Positions 10,240 through 19,692 of a stretch of 64,000 nt of DNA are shown piece by piece (the first letter of the stretch is position 1; each line of letters begins with the position of its first letter). The DNA lies in NCBI GenBank assembly GCA_965216945.1, contig CBDCGU010000003.1, positions 899,868 through 963,867 of the forward strand, given 5' to 3'. A program made the position numbers and the translations under genes. This stretch comes from Acidimicrobiia bacterium (lineage in GTDB: Bacteria; Actinomycetota; Acidimicrobiia; Spongiisociales; UBA5794). Under the pieces are notes generated by a model. The model was given only the letters and a program-made list of their open reading frames with translations, was not told the origin of the DNA and did not search any database.

Positions 10240-10748
10240 CCGGCATCGTGGCTGCCCTCGCCGTCATCGTTGCGTCGTGGAACCCGGCGCTCTTCGCCGA
10301 ACGCAGCCCCGGTGTGAGCAGCGCACGGCGGCAAGCCTGGCTTGTCGGGTCGGGAGTCGTACTCGCCATCGCAGCCGTGACCGGCCCCATCCTCGACGTC
10401 CTGGACGTGTCCGTACCGACGTTCCGCACCGCGGCCGGAGCGGTCATCGCGCTCGTCGGTGCTCGCTGGCTCATCGGCCCGCCACCCCGCCCCGGCGACG
10501 GCAACCAGCGAGCGCACGGTGCCATGGATGTGGCGACCCCGGAGATCGTGGTGGCGACGATGACGACGACGGCGTCGGACGGCTGGCCGTCGGCCCTCCT
10601 CGGGGTGGTGGTCGCGGCGACGCTGACGGTGGCACTGGTCACCACAGCTGCCTCCGGCCGCTGGGTCACATGGCTCAGGCGGCTGTTGGGAGGCGTCGCT
10701 CTGGTGCTCGGTGTTGCCTTGATCTACGCAGGAATCCGCTCCGTCTGA
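10236..10748 (+). CDS. MarC-family (UPF0056) integral membrane protein
   Basis: About 170 aa and 5-6 TM. N-terminal NP motif in TM1. GTG at 10236 overlaps the upstream stop (GTGA). Confidence 0.55.
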   Translation: MTGIVAALAVIVASWNPALFAERSPGVSSARRQAWLVGSGVVLAIAAVTGPILDVLDVSVPTFRTAAGAVIALVGARWLIGPPPRPGDGNQRAHGAMDVATPEIVVATMTTTASDGWPSALLGVVVAATLTVALVTTAASGRWVTWLRRLLGGVALVLGVALIYAGIRSV

Positions 10749-10785
10749 TCACCCGTCGCCCGACCGCTGCTCTTTGGGAACCCGC

Positions 10786-11505
10786 CTAGCGAGCGCCGTT
10801 CGCCCCATTCCACCACGGGTCCATGCGCCGGCCAACCGCCTCGAGCCAGGCCTCCATCATGGCGCCGACCGGATCGACGTGATCCAGATAGTCGTCCGGG
10901 TGAATCGGGGGCTCGATCCAGATCCGGATCGGCGTTCGGCGGAACGAACCGTGGACGAGACTCAAGGTGCCCTCGGTGCCGCGCATCGCCATCGGCACGA
11001 GCGGCTTGCCGCTGGCGAGCGCCAACCATGCGGCGCCCCGCTGCGGCGGCTCCTCGCGCCAGTGCGTCACCCGTCGCCCTTCCGGGAACAGACCGATCGG
11101 ATTGCCCGCATCCAGCTCGGCGAGCGCGGTGCGCAACGCACCCACCGGGATACGGTCCCGGGGCGTAGGGATGGCGCCGAAGAACGAGATCAAGCGATCG
11201 AAGAGGTGGTGTGCGTCGAACAGTGACGCCACCGCGAGATACCGAACGTTGCGCCTCCCCGCCAGCGTCACCATGACGGGATCGATGAACGACAGGTGAT
11301 TGGCGGCGATGACATAGCCGGCCCTCGGCAGGTGCTCCCTACCGGTGATCTGCAGATCGAACAACCAGCGAGCCAGCACCTCGAGTGGCCGGCGGGCGAC
11401 CGCAACAAAACGTTGCGTCCAAGATCCCGGATCGTTTCGCACAGCGGCGAAGCGCGTGCCGTCCGGCGCCGCGGTGCCACGTGGGGGGCTCGGTGGGGTC
11501 GACAT
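10786..11505 (-). CDS. plsC: 1-acyl-sn-glycerol-3-phosphate acyltransferase (PlsC family)
   Basis: HX4D motif (AANHLSFIDP) and FPEGRR motif. Confidence 0.85.
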   Translation of the reverse strand: MSTPPSPPRGTAAPDGTRFAAVRNDPGSWTQRFVAVARRPLEVLARWLFDLQITGREHLPRAGYVIAANHLSFIDPVMVTLAGRRNVRYLAVASLFDAHHLFDRLISFFGAIPTPRDRIPVGALRTALAELDAGNPIGLFPEGRRVTHWREEPPQRGAAWLALASGKPLVPMAMRGTEGTLSLVHGSFRRTPIRIWIEPPIHPDDYLDHVDPVGAMMEAWLEAVGRRMDPWWNGANGAR

Positions 11506-11514
11506 CGCCGGTGC

Positions 11515-12579
11515 TCAGCGATCCGCACCGAGATCGGCGAAGAGGTTGGCGAATGCGAGCGTGGGTCGCTGGTTGGCCTCGAGTGCCTCGATGGTCTCCA
11601 GCACCCGCTCGGCGTTGGCGATGGCGTCCGCGGGCAACACGTCCGCAAGCGCTTTCGCCGGGATGTCGGCGTTTCGCGCCGCGGCTCCAAACTGTGCCGC
11701 GGCGGCATCACGGTAGAAGCCGGCCAGGATCTCCAGCCCGGAGACGTAGAGCGCCGAGGTGGCCCGCTTCAGCTTGCGGTCATGTCGCTCCTTCAAGGAT
11801 TTCGAGGACGCCCCCTCTTGTTCTGCGATCGCCAACCGCTCCGCATGGGCCTGGCGGATCGCCGCCAGGAGCGGGTCACACGCCGCCGCCACCTCGTCGG
11901 CGAGCATGTAGGCGTCGCCCGGCAACGCCGACAGCCGCAACGGCACCGACAACCAGGCGTGGCGGTACGCCGCGACCTCGGGCTGCGTCGCCAGCTCGAC
12001 GGCGAGCCCGGGCCGCCCACCCGAGATCCGTGCGGCTTGCTCCGCCTGGGCCGCATCGACACCGCGTGCCACCAGCCCGGCCGCGATCTCGTCCTCGGGT
12101 ACGCGACCGAACACGACCGTGCGGCAGCGGCTTGCGATCGTGTCGGGAAGATCATCGTCCGACTCGGTCACGATGATGAACACCGTCGACGCGGTCGGCT
12201 CCTCCAACGTCTTCAGGAGGGCATTGGCGGCCTCGTCGTTCATCGCACCGCCTTCCTCGAAGAGGAAGACCTTGCGGACCCCCACCAGGGGGGCCAAGCT
12301 CGCCTGCGAAACGGTGTGCCGGGCCTGATCGACCGTGATGGACGCCCGTCCCTCCGGCTCCACGACAACCAAGTCGGGATGGTTTCCCGTGAGGACCCGC
12401 CGGGCGCATACCTCGTCCTGTCCGCACATGAGCGCCGCGGCGAAGCGCCTCGCCACCGCCGCCTTGCCCGTGTTGGAGGGACCGACGAACAGATACGCCT
12501 GCGCCGGATGCGCAGCGTCACGCGCCAGGAATGCGGTCACGGACCCGTGGCCGACGATGCCGTCGAAATGGTCAGCCAC
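11515..12579 (-). CDS. holB: DNA polymerase III subunit delta prime
   Basis: 354 aa. AAA-like GPSNTGK P-loop, and the position next to topA is conserved in Actinobacteria. Confidence 0.85.
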   Translation of the reverse strand: MADHFDGIVGHGSVTAFLARDAAHPAQAYLFVGPSNTGKAAVARRFAAALMCGQDEVCARRVLTGNHPDLVVVEPEGRASITVDQARHTVSQASLAPLVGVRKVFLFEEGGAMNDEAANALLKTLEEPTASTVFIIVTESDDDLPDTIASRCRTVVFGRVPEDEIAAGLVARGVDAAQAEQAARISGGRPGLAVELATQPEVAAYRHAWLSVPLRLSALPGDAYMLADEVAAACDPLLAAIRQAHAERLAIAEQEGASSKSLKERHDRKLKRATSALYVSGLEILAGFYRDAAAAQFGAAARNADIPAKALADVLPADAIANAERVLETIEALEANQRPTLAFANLFADLGADR

Positions 12580-12593
12580 TCGGATTCTTCTCC

Positions 12594-14006
12594 TCAGTCG
12601 CTTCGATCTGTGTCGTCGTGATCGGTGCGGGGCCGCCGCCGGATCGCCGCACGGCGGGCCTCGTCGGCCTGTGCCAGGATGTCACGCGCCTCAGCCCCAA
12701 GCTTGGGGCGACCGAAGATCGAACGCAAGCTCCACAGCGTCACGAGCCCGGTCAGCAGGATCACCATCCCGCCGAGGAAGAGTAGAAGCCTCGTCGGATC
12801 GCTCAGCCTCCACACGCCGACACCGCTCAGGAGGAGTTGCAGCGGAGCCACCGCCGCCATCGACACGAACAGCCCCACTCGCATGAGGGCGAAGAGGGTG
12901 GCGAACACCCGTCCCCGCAACTCGTCGGTCACCTCCTCATGGAGGTGGGTCAGGCCCATGACGTAGGCGGAGCCGGCGCCGAAGCCCATCACGAGCATCC
13001 ACAACGCCGCACCGGTCACGGTCGACGTGAGCGAAGCGGCCGTCAACCCGGCCCCGGTTGCCAGCAACGAGAGGGCAAACACGAGGTCGCGTCTGAGCAG
13101 GCGCGACTCGTAGAGCGACACGACGAGGATGCCGGCGCCGGCGCCCACCCCCATCGCAGTGATCACGGCGAAAAAGCCCGTGTCGTCGGCGTTCAGCACG
13201 TCGTTCACGAATGAGTTCCCCAGAACGATCATCGTGCCGCCGCCGACGAGGGCCGCCGTCATGCCGGCGATGACGCGGCGCACCGACTTGCGACTCCAGA
13301 AGAACTTCGCCCCCTCCACCATGTCTTGGATGGCGCCAGGGCCGTCCTCATCGCCGCCCGGAGGTGGGTCGTCGGCGACCTTGGCCGCCATCACGGGCAG
13401 CGATGCGACGAGCAAAGCCGAGGTCAGGAACGTGAGGGAGTCGACTCCGAATGCCAGCGCCAGGTTGGCCGTGGCATCGGGGATGAGGCCACCCAGGGTC
13501 ACCGCCGGTAGCGCGGACAGCGCCCAATTGAACCCGGCGCCGAGTGGCACGGTTCCGTAGGTGGCCCCGAGCATGAGGCTGTTCGCCGTGACCAGGTTCT
13601 CCCGACTCACCAGGCTCGGCAACATGGCGTTGCGCGGAGATTGCCCCAGCAGGCTGAAGAACTCGAGCAGCAGGTTGATCACGACCAGGATCGGCAGTGT
13701 CGTGGCAAACACGAGAAACGGAACGATCAGCGCACGACCGACGTCGCTGATCACCACGAGCCGCCGGCGGTCCACTCGATCGCTGATCACGCCCACCCAG
13801 GCGCTCAGCAGCAGGCCGGGCAGGATGCGCGACACCAGCGCAACGAGGACACCGGTCTCGTCTGCGATGTTGGCTCCGAGAGTGATGGTCGCAAACACCG
13901 TGATCCAGTCACCGGTGCTGCCCACGACGCTCGCCCACCAGAACCGGGCGAAGTAGCCGGTCGTCACCATCGAGAACGCAGACCGCGGAGCGGGGGGCGC
14001 CGTCAT
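12594..14006 (-). CDS. MFS transporter
   Basis: 470 aa and 12-14 TM. MFS motif A-like DRVDRRR loop. Confidence 0.85.
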   Translation of the reverse strand: MTAPPAPRSAFSMVTTGYFARFWWASVVGSTGDWITVFATITLGANIADETGVLVALVSRILPGLLLSAWVGVISDRVDRRRLVVISDVGRALIVPFLVFATTLPILVVINLLLEFFSLLGQSPRNAMLPSLVSRENLVTANSLMLGATYGTVPLGAGFNWALSALPAVTLGGLIPDATANLALAFGVDSLTFLTSALLVASLPVMAAKVADDPPPGGDEDGPGAIQDMVEGAKFFWSRKSVRRVIAGMTAALVGGGTMIVLGNSFVNDVLNADDTGFFAVITAMGVGAGAGILVVSLYESRLLRRDLVFALSLLATGAGLTAASLTSTVTGAALWMLVMGFGAGSAYVMGLTHLHEEVTDELRGRVFATLFALMRVGLFVSMAAVAPLQLLLSGVGVWRLSDPTRLLLFLGGMVILLTGLVTLWSLRSIFGRPKLGAEARDILAQADEARRAAIRRRPRTDHDDTDRSD

Positions 14007-14062
14007 GCGACGAAGGTTAGGTGTCTACCTGGGAATCGCAGGGAAGTCGGGCGTCCCCGCGG

Positions 14063-16663
14063 TCATGACTTCTTGGCAGATCGTTTCTTCTTCGCCGGGC
14101 CACGGTCCTTGCGGGCCTGGAGGAGATCGAGCGCCCGCTCCAGTGTGACGGACTCGACGGTGTCGTCCTGGCGCAGCGATGCGTTGTACTCACCGTCCGT
14201 GACGTACGGTCCGTAGCGCCCGTCCTTGACGACGATGGGCTTGCCGTCGGGATCCTCACCCAGCTCCTTGAGAGGTGCGGACGCCGCCCCCCGTCGCTTC
14301 TTCGGCTCTTTGAGCTTCGCCACAGCCTCGTCCAGCGTGATGGCGAATATCTGCTCCTCGTCGTCGAGGCTGCGCGTCTCCTTGCCCCACTTGATGTAGG
14401 GGCCGTATCTGCCGTTCTGTGCCGTGATGCCGGCGCCATCCTCTGGATGCTGTCCGACGGTGCGCGGCTGGGTCAGCAACCTGAGCGCTTCCTCCATCGT
14501 GAGGGTCTCGAGCGACATCGACTTGAACAGCGATGCCGTCTTGGGCTTCTGCTTCGGTTTGGCGTCGGGGTCCAGCTCGCCTAGCTGGACGTAGGGCCCG
14601 TACCGCCCGGTGCGAGCGATGACGGTGAGACCGGTCTCGGGGTCGGTTCCCAGCACGCGCTCATCCGAGGGAGCTTCGAGGTAGGCGATCGCCTGGTCCA
14701 GCGTCAGCTCGTCCGGGGCGATGTCTCCCGGCACGCTGGCGCGTTCCTCACCACGGGCCACGTAGGGCCCGTACCGGCCGACCCTGGCCACGACGGGCTC
14801 GCCGTTGTCATCCAGTCCGAGCGGGATCGAGTTCACTTCCTTGGCGTCGATCTTGTCGAGGTTCACGGCGACGAGCTCCTGCAACCCGGGATGCCCGTTG
14901 CCGAAGTAGAACGAGTTGAGCCACGGGATCGCCTCCTGCTCTCCGGTGGCGATGCGGTCGAGGTCGTCCTCCATCCGCGCTGTGAACGCATAGTCCACGA
15001 GGTCCTGGAAGTGCTGCTCGAGCAGCCCGATCGCAGCGAACGCCGTGAACGTCGGCACCAGGGCCGTGCCCCGCTTGTTGACGTAGCCACGATCCTGGAT
15101 CGTCGAGATGATCGAGGCATATGTGGAGGGCCGCCCGATCCCCAGCTCTTCGAGACGCTTCACCAGGGACGCCTCGGTGAAGCGGGCAGGCGGTTTGGTC
15201 TCGCTGCCCTTGGCGCTCATGTCCTGCACGTCGGCGGTGTCACCTTCGGCCATCGCCGGCAGGGGGCGCTCTTGATCGTCCAGCGCCGCATCGGGATCGT
15301 CGCTGCCCTCGACGTAGGCGCGGAGGAAGCCGGGGAACGTGATCGTCTTGCCGGTGGCGCCGAACTCGGCGGTACGGCCCGATGTGCCCTCGGCCGCCAG
15401 CCGCACGGAGAGGCTCTCCCCCTTGGCGTCCTTCATCTGGGAAGCCACCGTACGTTTCCAGATGAGGTCGTAGAGCTTCGCCTCGTCCGAGATCGCCCCG
15501 AACGCGGCCACCACGTTCTCCGGCTCGCGGAACTGATCTCCGGCCGGCCGAATCGCCTCGTGGGCTTCCTGAGCGTTCTTGACCTTCCCGCTGTAGGAGC
15601 GGGGGGCGTCGGGGAGGTATTCGGCCCCGTAGCGCTTGGTGACGAGCTTGCGCGCTGCATCCAGCGCAGTGGCGGACAGCGTCGTCGAATCGGTGCGCAT
15701 GTAGGTGATGAAGCCGCCCTCGTACAGGCGTTGTGCGGCCGACATGGTGCGCCGCGCCCCGAAGCGGAGCTTGCGACCGGCCTCCTGCTGCAGCGTCGAC
15801 GTCCGGAACGGCGGGTACGGCCTTCGGGTGTACGGCTTGGCCTCCACGGACGTCACCGCGAAGTCGGCTTCGGCCAGCTCTGCGGATAGCTCGGTGGCTG
15901 CCACCTCGTCGAGAGTGACACGCTTCTGCTTCCCGAGCTTCCCGTCAGGCCCGAAGTCCTTACCGGTCGCCACACGCACGTCGTCGAGGGACACCAGGTT
16001 GGCGGTGAAGACCAGTGGGTCGTCGTTGACAGCAAAGGTGCCGGTGAGACCCCAATACGACGCGGGGACGAACGCCATGCGCTCCCGCTCACGCTCGACG
16101 ATGATGCGGGTCGCCGGAGATTGAACGCGGCCCGCCGACAGTCCCTGCCGGACCTTCCTCCACAGCACCGGCGACACTTCGTACCCGAAGAGCCGATCGA
16201 GGATGCGGCGCGCCTCCTGGGCGTCGACGAGCCTGCGATCGAGATCTCTCGCCTGATCGACCGCCTCGCGAATGGCGGCGGGGGTGATCTCGTGAAAGAC
16301 CATGCGGTGCACCGGCTGTTTCGGGTTCAGCACCTCGAGCAAATGCCAGGCGATGGACTCTCCTTCGCGGTCCTCGTCCGTCGCCAGGTACAGCTCATCG
16401 GCCTCCTTGAGCAGCTTGCGCAACTTGGTGACCTGCTTCTTCTTGTCCCCCGGCACGATGTAGAGCGGCTTGAAGTCGTTGTCGACATCGACACCGAGCC
16501 GGGCCCACGGCTCGCCCTTCACCGACTGCGGGACGTCGGCCGCGGACCTGGGCAGATCGCGGATGTGGCCGATGCTCGACTCCACGACGAAGTCGTCGCC
16601 GAGGTAGCCGGCGATGGTCCGCGCCTTGGCGGGCGACTCAACGATGACGAGTTTTGTGGACAT
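14063..16663 (-). CDS. topA: DNA topoisomerase I
   Basis: Toprim domain start MSTKLVIVESPAKA and an active-site Tyr region. The lysine-rich C-terminal repeats are typical of actinobacterial TopA. Confidence 0.95.
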   Translation of the reverse strand: MSTKLVIVESPAKARTIAGYLGDDFVVESSIGHIRDLPRSAADVPQSVKGEPWARLGVDVDNDFKPLYIVPGDKKKQVTKLRKLLKEADELYLATDEDREGESIAWHLLEVLNPKQPVHRMVFHEITPAAIREAVDQARDLDRRLVDAQEARRILDRLFGYEVSPVLWRKVRQGLSAGRVQSPATRIIVERERERMAFVPASYWGLTGTFAVNDDPLVFTANLVSLDDVRVATGKDFGPDGKLGKQKRVTLDEVAATELSAELAEADFAVTSVEAKPYTRRPYPPFRTSTLQQEAGRKLRFGARRTMSAAQRLYEGGFITYMRTDSTTLSATALDAARKLVTKRYGAEYLPDAPRSYSGKVKNAQEAHEAIRPAGDQFREPENVVAAFGAISDEAKLYDLIWKRTVASQMKDAKGESLSVRLAAEGTSGRTAEFGATGKTITFPGFLRAYVEGSDDPDAALDDQERPLPAMAEGDTADVQDMSAKGSETKPPARFTEASLVKRLEELGIGRPSTYASIISTIQDRGYVNKRGTALVPTFTAFAAIGLLEQHFQDLVDYAFTARMEDDLDRIATGEQEAIPWLNSFYFGNGHPGLQELVAVNLDKIDAKEVNSIPLGLDDNGEPVVARVGRYGPYVARGEERASVPGDIAPDELTLDQAIAYLEAPSDERVLGTDPETGLTVIARTGRYGPYVQLGELDPDAKPKQKPKTASLFKSMSLETLTMEEALRLLTQPRTVGQHPEDGAGITAQNGRYGPYIKWGKETRSLDDEEQIFAITLDEAVAKLKEPKKRRGAASAPLKELGEDPDGKPIVVKDGRYGPYVTDGEYNASLRQDDTVESVTLERALDLLQARKDRGPAKKKRSAKKS

Positions 16664-16875
16664 ACGACACAAGACGGTTGCGAACGGGAAACGGCGCCAT
16701 GTCTACGAGACATTCCCACGACTGTCAAGACTGCGCCGCCCGAGCGCGCCCGAATGGGCGCTCGCAGTGGCGGCAGGCTCACGGCTCTTCGCCGCACGGG
16801 GCATTGCTGTGCGATTCCGCGCCCTGGCCCGAAGCGTCGCGGCCGCACCCACCGCAGCGGCCCTTGCTCACCGGA

Positions 16876-17973
16876 TCAACGAGCCTGCGATGCGAAGCCT
16901 TCGGCGAGGCGTCCGACGGCGGCCGGCCAGGTGAACTCGGCCTCGACACGGCGGCGCCCGGCCTCGCCCATCGCGGCGGCGCCGGCCCGGTCGGCCACGA
17001 GCATCTCGAGCGCCTGACGTATGTGGGTCACCGAGTGCACGACGAAGCCCGTTTCTCCGGGCACGACGGTCTCTGGGGCGCCGCCCGAGTCCCCGGCCAG
17101 CACCGGCAAACCTGCGGCGGCGGCTTCGAGGAAGACCAGACCGAGACCCTCGATCTCGAGGCCGGCCCACCGCGACCGGCACGGCATGCAGAAGACATCC
17201 ATCTCGGCGTAGAGCCCGGGCAACGCCTCCCACTCGACGTCGACGGCGAACCGGACGGGCACGTCCTCGGCGATGGCCTGACGGCGCAGGCTCGACTCGG
17301 TGCGGCCCCGCCCGACGAGAAGCACCTCGACGTCGAGCCCCGAGCGACGAACGGCGGCCACCGCAGAGATCAAGCGCTGCTGGCCTTTGCGGGGCACGAA
17401 GCGGCTCACGCATCCCACCACCATGCGCCCCTGCGTGGGGCGGGATCGGGGAACGAACCGGGTGACGTCGACGCCGCCGCCGACGTAGACGCAGGGACGT
17501 CCGGTGAGTCGCTCGATGCGTCGTTGCGTGTAGCGGCTCACGGCGAATCTGACATCGGCCGCCGCCAGCATCCGGCCGAGACCCTGCCGCAATCCTGGCA
17601 CCGCCGCGGGCAGGGTGATCTCGGCTCCGTGACACAACACGCCGATCGGCTTGTGTAGCTGCCGCCGTAGCCGCACCGTCAACGCCGGGAGCGGATGCGG
17701 CGCCCCGAACAGGATGAGATCGGGTTGGAAGGTGGCCAGTTCGGTCCCGAGCCAGGTGGCCACGCCGGGTGTCGGCCACATGAACCGGCTGGAGTTGCGC
17801 CGCACGATCGCTTCACCGCGCCGCGTCGTCGCCGGACCATCGTGGGGCGCCAGCACGAGCACCTCGCCCGGGTATGTGTCGACGAGATTGCCCAGATACT
17901 GCTGGATGCCACCGGGCTTCGGCGGATAGTCGTTGGTGATCACCGCCAACCGGGCGGCGGGCGGCGTGATCAC
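16876..17973 (-). CDS. glycosyltransferase family 4 (PimA/PimB/MshA-like retaining GT)
   Basis: 366 aa from the GTG at 17973 (GTGA overlap with the upstream gene). N-terminal DYPPKPGGIQ motif and C-terminal EX7E motif (EGLGLVFLEAAAAGLPV). Confidence 0.85.
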   Translation of the reverse strand: MITPPAARLAVITNDYPPKPGGIQQYLGNLVDTYPGEVLVLAPHDGPATTRRGEAIVRRNSSRFMWPTPGVATWLGTELATFQPDLILFGAPHPLPALTVRLRRQLHKPIGVLCHGAEITLPAAVPGLRQGLGRMLAAADVRFAVSRYTQRRIERLTGRPCVYVGGGVDVTRFVPRSRPTQGRMVVGCVSRFVPRKGQQRLISAVAAVRRSGLDVEVLLVGRGRTESSLRRQAIAEDVPVRFAVDVEWEALPGLYAEMDVFCMPCRSRWAGLEIEGLGLVFLEAAAAGLPVLAGDSGGAPETVVPGETGFVVHSVTHIRQALEMLVADRAGAAAMGEAGRRRVEAEFTWPAAVGRLAEGFASQAR

Positions 17974-19181
17974 GCCAGCGAGTTCCAGTGGGCGAGGACC
18001 TTGCCGCGGGCGCCGTACTGGACACGTCCGATTCCCGTGTTCGCCAGCGAGCCGAGGCGAAACCGACCTCGGAAGTCGAGACCAAGCAGGCGCGTCACAT
18101 AGGCGCGGCTCGCCCCGCCGTGGGAGACGACGCCGACGGTCCCGCCCTGATGGCGCGAGGCGATCTCGTCGATCGCTTCGGTGATGCGGTCCTGGACCTC
18201 GCTGAACGTCTCGCCACTGCCTCCCCGACGCACGTCCAGGTCGTTGCGCTGCAATCTCGCAAACGCCTCGGGGTCCTGCTCCTCGATCTCGGCCTTGGTC
18301 CGGTTCTCCCACAGACCAAAGCCCATCTCCTTGAGCCGATCGTCCACGACGACATCGAGGGACTGGGCGTGGGCGACGGCTTTGGCGGTGTCGCGTGCCC
18401 GCTGCAGCGGCGACGAGTACAACGCATCGAGCTGCGGGACCCGTTGCGGCAGCGTCCTGGCCTGTGCCCGTCCAACGTCGTTGAGCGGCCAGTCGCCATG
18501 ACCTTGCCAGCGCAGCTCGACGTTGGCCTGCGTCTCGCCATGGCGTATCAGGACGATGTCCGTCGTTGCGCTGTCGACCCGTCCGTTCTCGCCGAGATGC
18601 CCGACGTCGTTGTAGACCGTCAGCTGGGGCCCGTGAGCGTTCACCGAGAGCTGGCTGATGCCGGTGTTGGCCATCAACCGCATCGGAGTCGGTCGCTTGG
18701 CGTCGAGGCTTCCTGCGATGAGCGTGAGAAGCGACAATCCGTGGCTGACAACGAGCGCCTCACCGTCATCCCCGAGGCGATCGGTCAGGTCGGCGAACGC
18801 AGCGCGGAGACGCGCAGCCACGTCCGACATCCGCTCCCCACCGCCGAGCGCAACGTCCTCCCCGGCGATCAGACTCTTCAGCTCCCCCGGGTAGCGGTCC
18901 TCGATCTCCTTGTGCGTCATTCCCTCCCACTCGCCGACATGGGGCTCCCGCCACCGCGCATCGGCGACGAAATCAGCCGAGAGTGCGGCTGCGGTGTCGG
19001 CAGCTCGCGACAGATCGGAGGTCACCACGACGTCGAACGTGCGGTTCCGCAGCCGCTCGGCCAGGCGGCCAACCTGGTGCTGGCCGCGCTCGTTGAGAGG
19101 CGCATCCGTCGACCCCTGCCATCGGCGCTCGGCATTGTGCGCCGTCTCGGCGTGGCGTACGAGCGTGATCTGAGCGGGCAT
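17970..19181 (-). CDS. tandem histidine-phosphatase (phosphoglycerate-mutase superfamily) protein
   Basis: 403 aa with two complete RHG-type domains (LVRHAETAHN... and LIRHGETQAN...). Start placed at the ATG giving MPAQITLVRHAE. Confidence 0.8.
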   Translation of the reverse strand: MPAQITLVRHAETAHNAERRWQGSTDAPLNERGQHQVGRLAERLRNRTFDVVVTSDLSRAADTAAALSADFVADARWREPHVGEWEGMTHKEIEDRYPGELKSLIAGEDVALGGGERMSDVAARLRAAFADLTDRLGDDGEALVVSHGLSLLTLIAGSLDAKRPTPMRLMANTGISQLSVNAHGPQLTVYNDVGHLGENGRVDSATTDIVLIRHGETQANVELRWQGHGDWPLNDVGRAQARTLPQRVPQLDALYSSPLQRARDTAKAVAHAQSLDVVVDDRLKEMGFGLWENRTKAEIEEQDPEAFARLQRNDLDVRRGGSGETFSEVQDRITEAIDEIASRHQGGTVGVVSHGGASRAYVTRLLGLDFRGRFRLGSLANTGIGRVQYGARGKVLAHWNSLA

Positions 19182-19391
19182 GACGTCCTTGTACGAGGTC
19201 GGATCTGCGGCGGGCAAGTCTCTAAGAGGGTGCTGGAGGAACGCCGGTGGGGGCCCGAACCGGTGCGTCAGCCGCCCTCACCCGGCCTAGAGTCCTCCGC
19301 GTTCGGGTCCGCCAACCATCCTTCAGCACCCTCCTAGGCTAGAAGCGTGCCACGCCCCCACCGTCCGCCAGCACCCATCGCCCACTGGTCG

Positions 19392-19607
19392 ATGCTCGTT
19401 CCCTTGCTGGCACAGGCCGATGAAGGCACGTTCCCCGAGGACTCCGGTGCCCGTGTGGTCTTCGTACTCGTCGGTATCGCCATCGTCGGGCTCTACTTCT
19501 TGCTCCGCAACACCCGTCGCCGCACCGAGCAGGCCTACTGGGACCGCCGCCGCAAGGAAGAAGAGCGACGAGCAACAGACCCCGACATGCGCAAAGACGA
19601 CCCCTGA
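19392..19607 (+). CDS. small membrane protein, hypothetical
   Basis: 71 aa from the internal ATG. One TM segment followed by a basic/acidic tail. High GC3. Confidence 0.4.
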   Translation: MLVPLLAQADEGTFPEDSGARVVFVLVGIAIVGLYFLLRNTRRRTEQAYWDRRRKEEERRATDPDMRKDDP

Positions 19608-19692
19608 TCCACACGCCGCCGGACCCGGACCCGGGCCAAGCGACGCCGCCCGTGATCTCGCCCGAAGCCGGCCTCGGGTGAAACCCGAGTTC

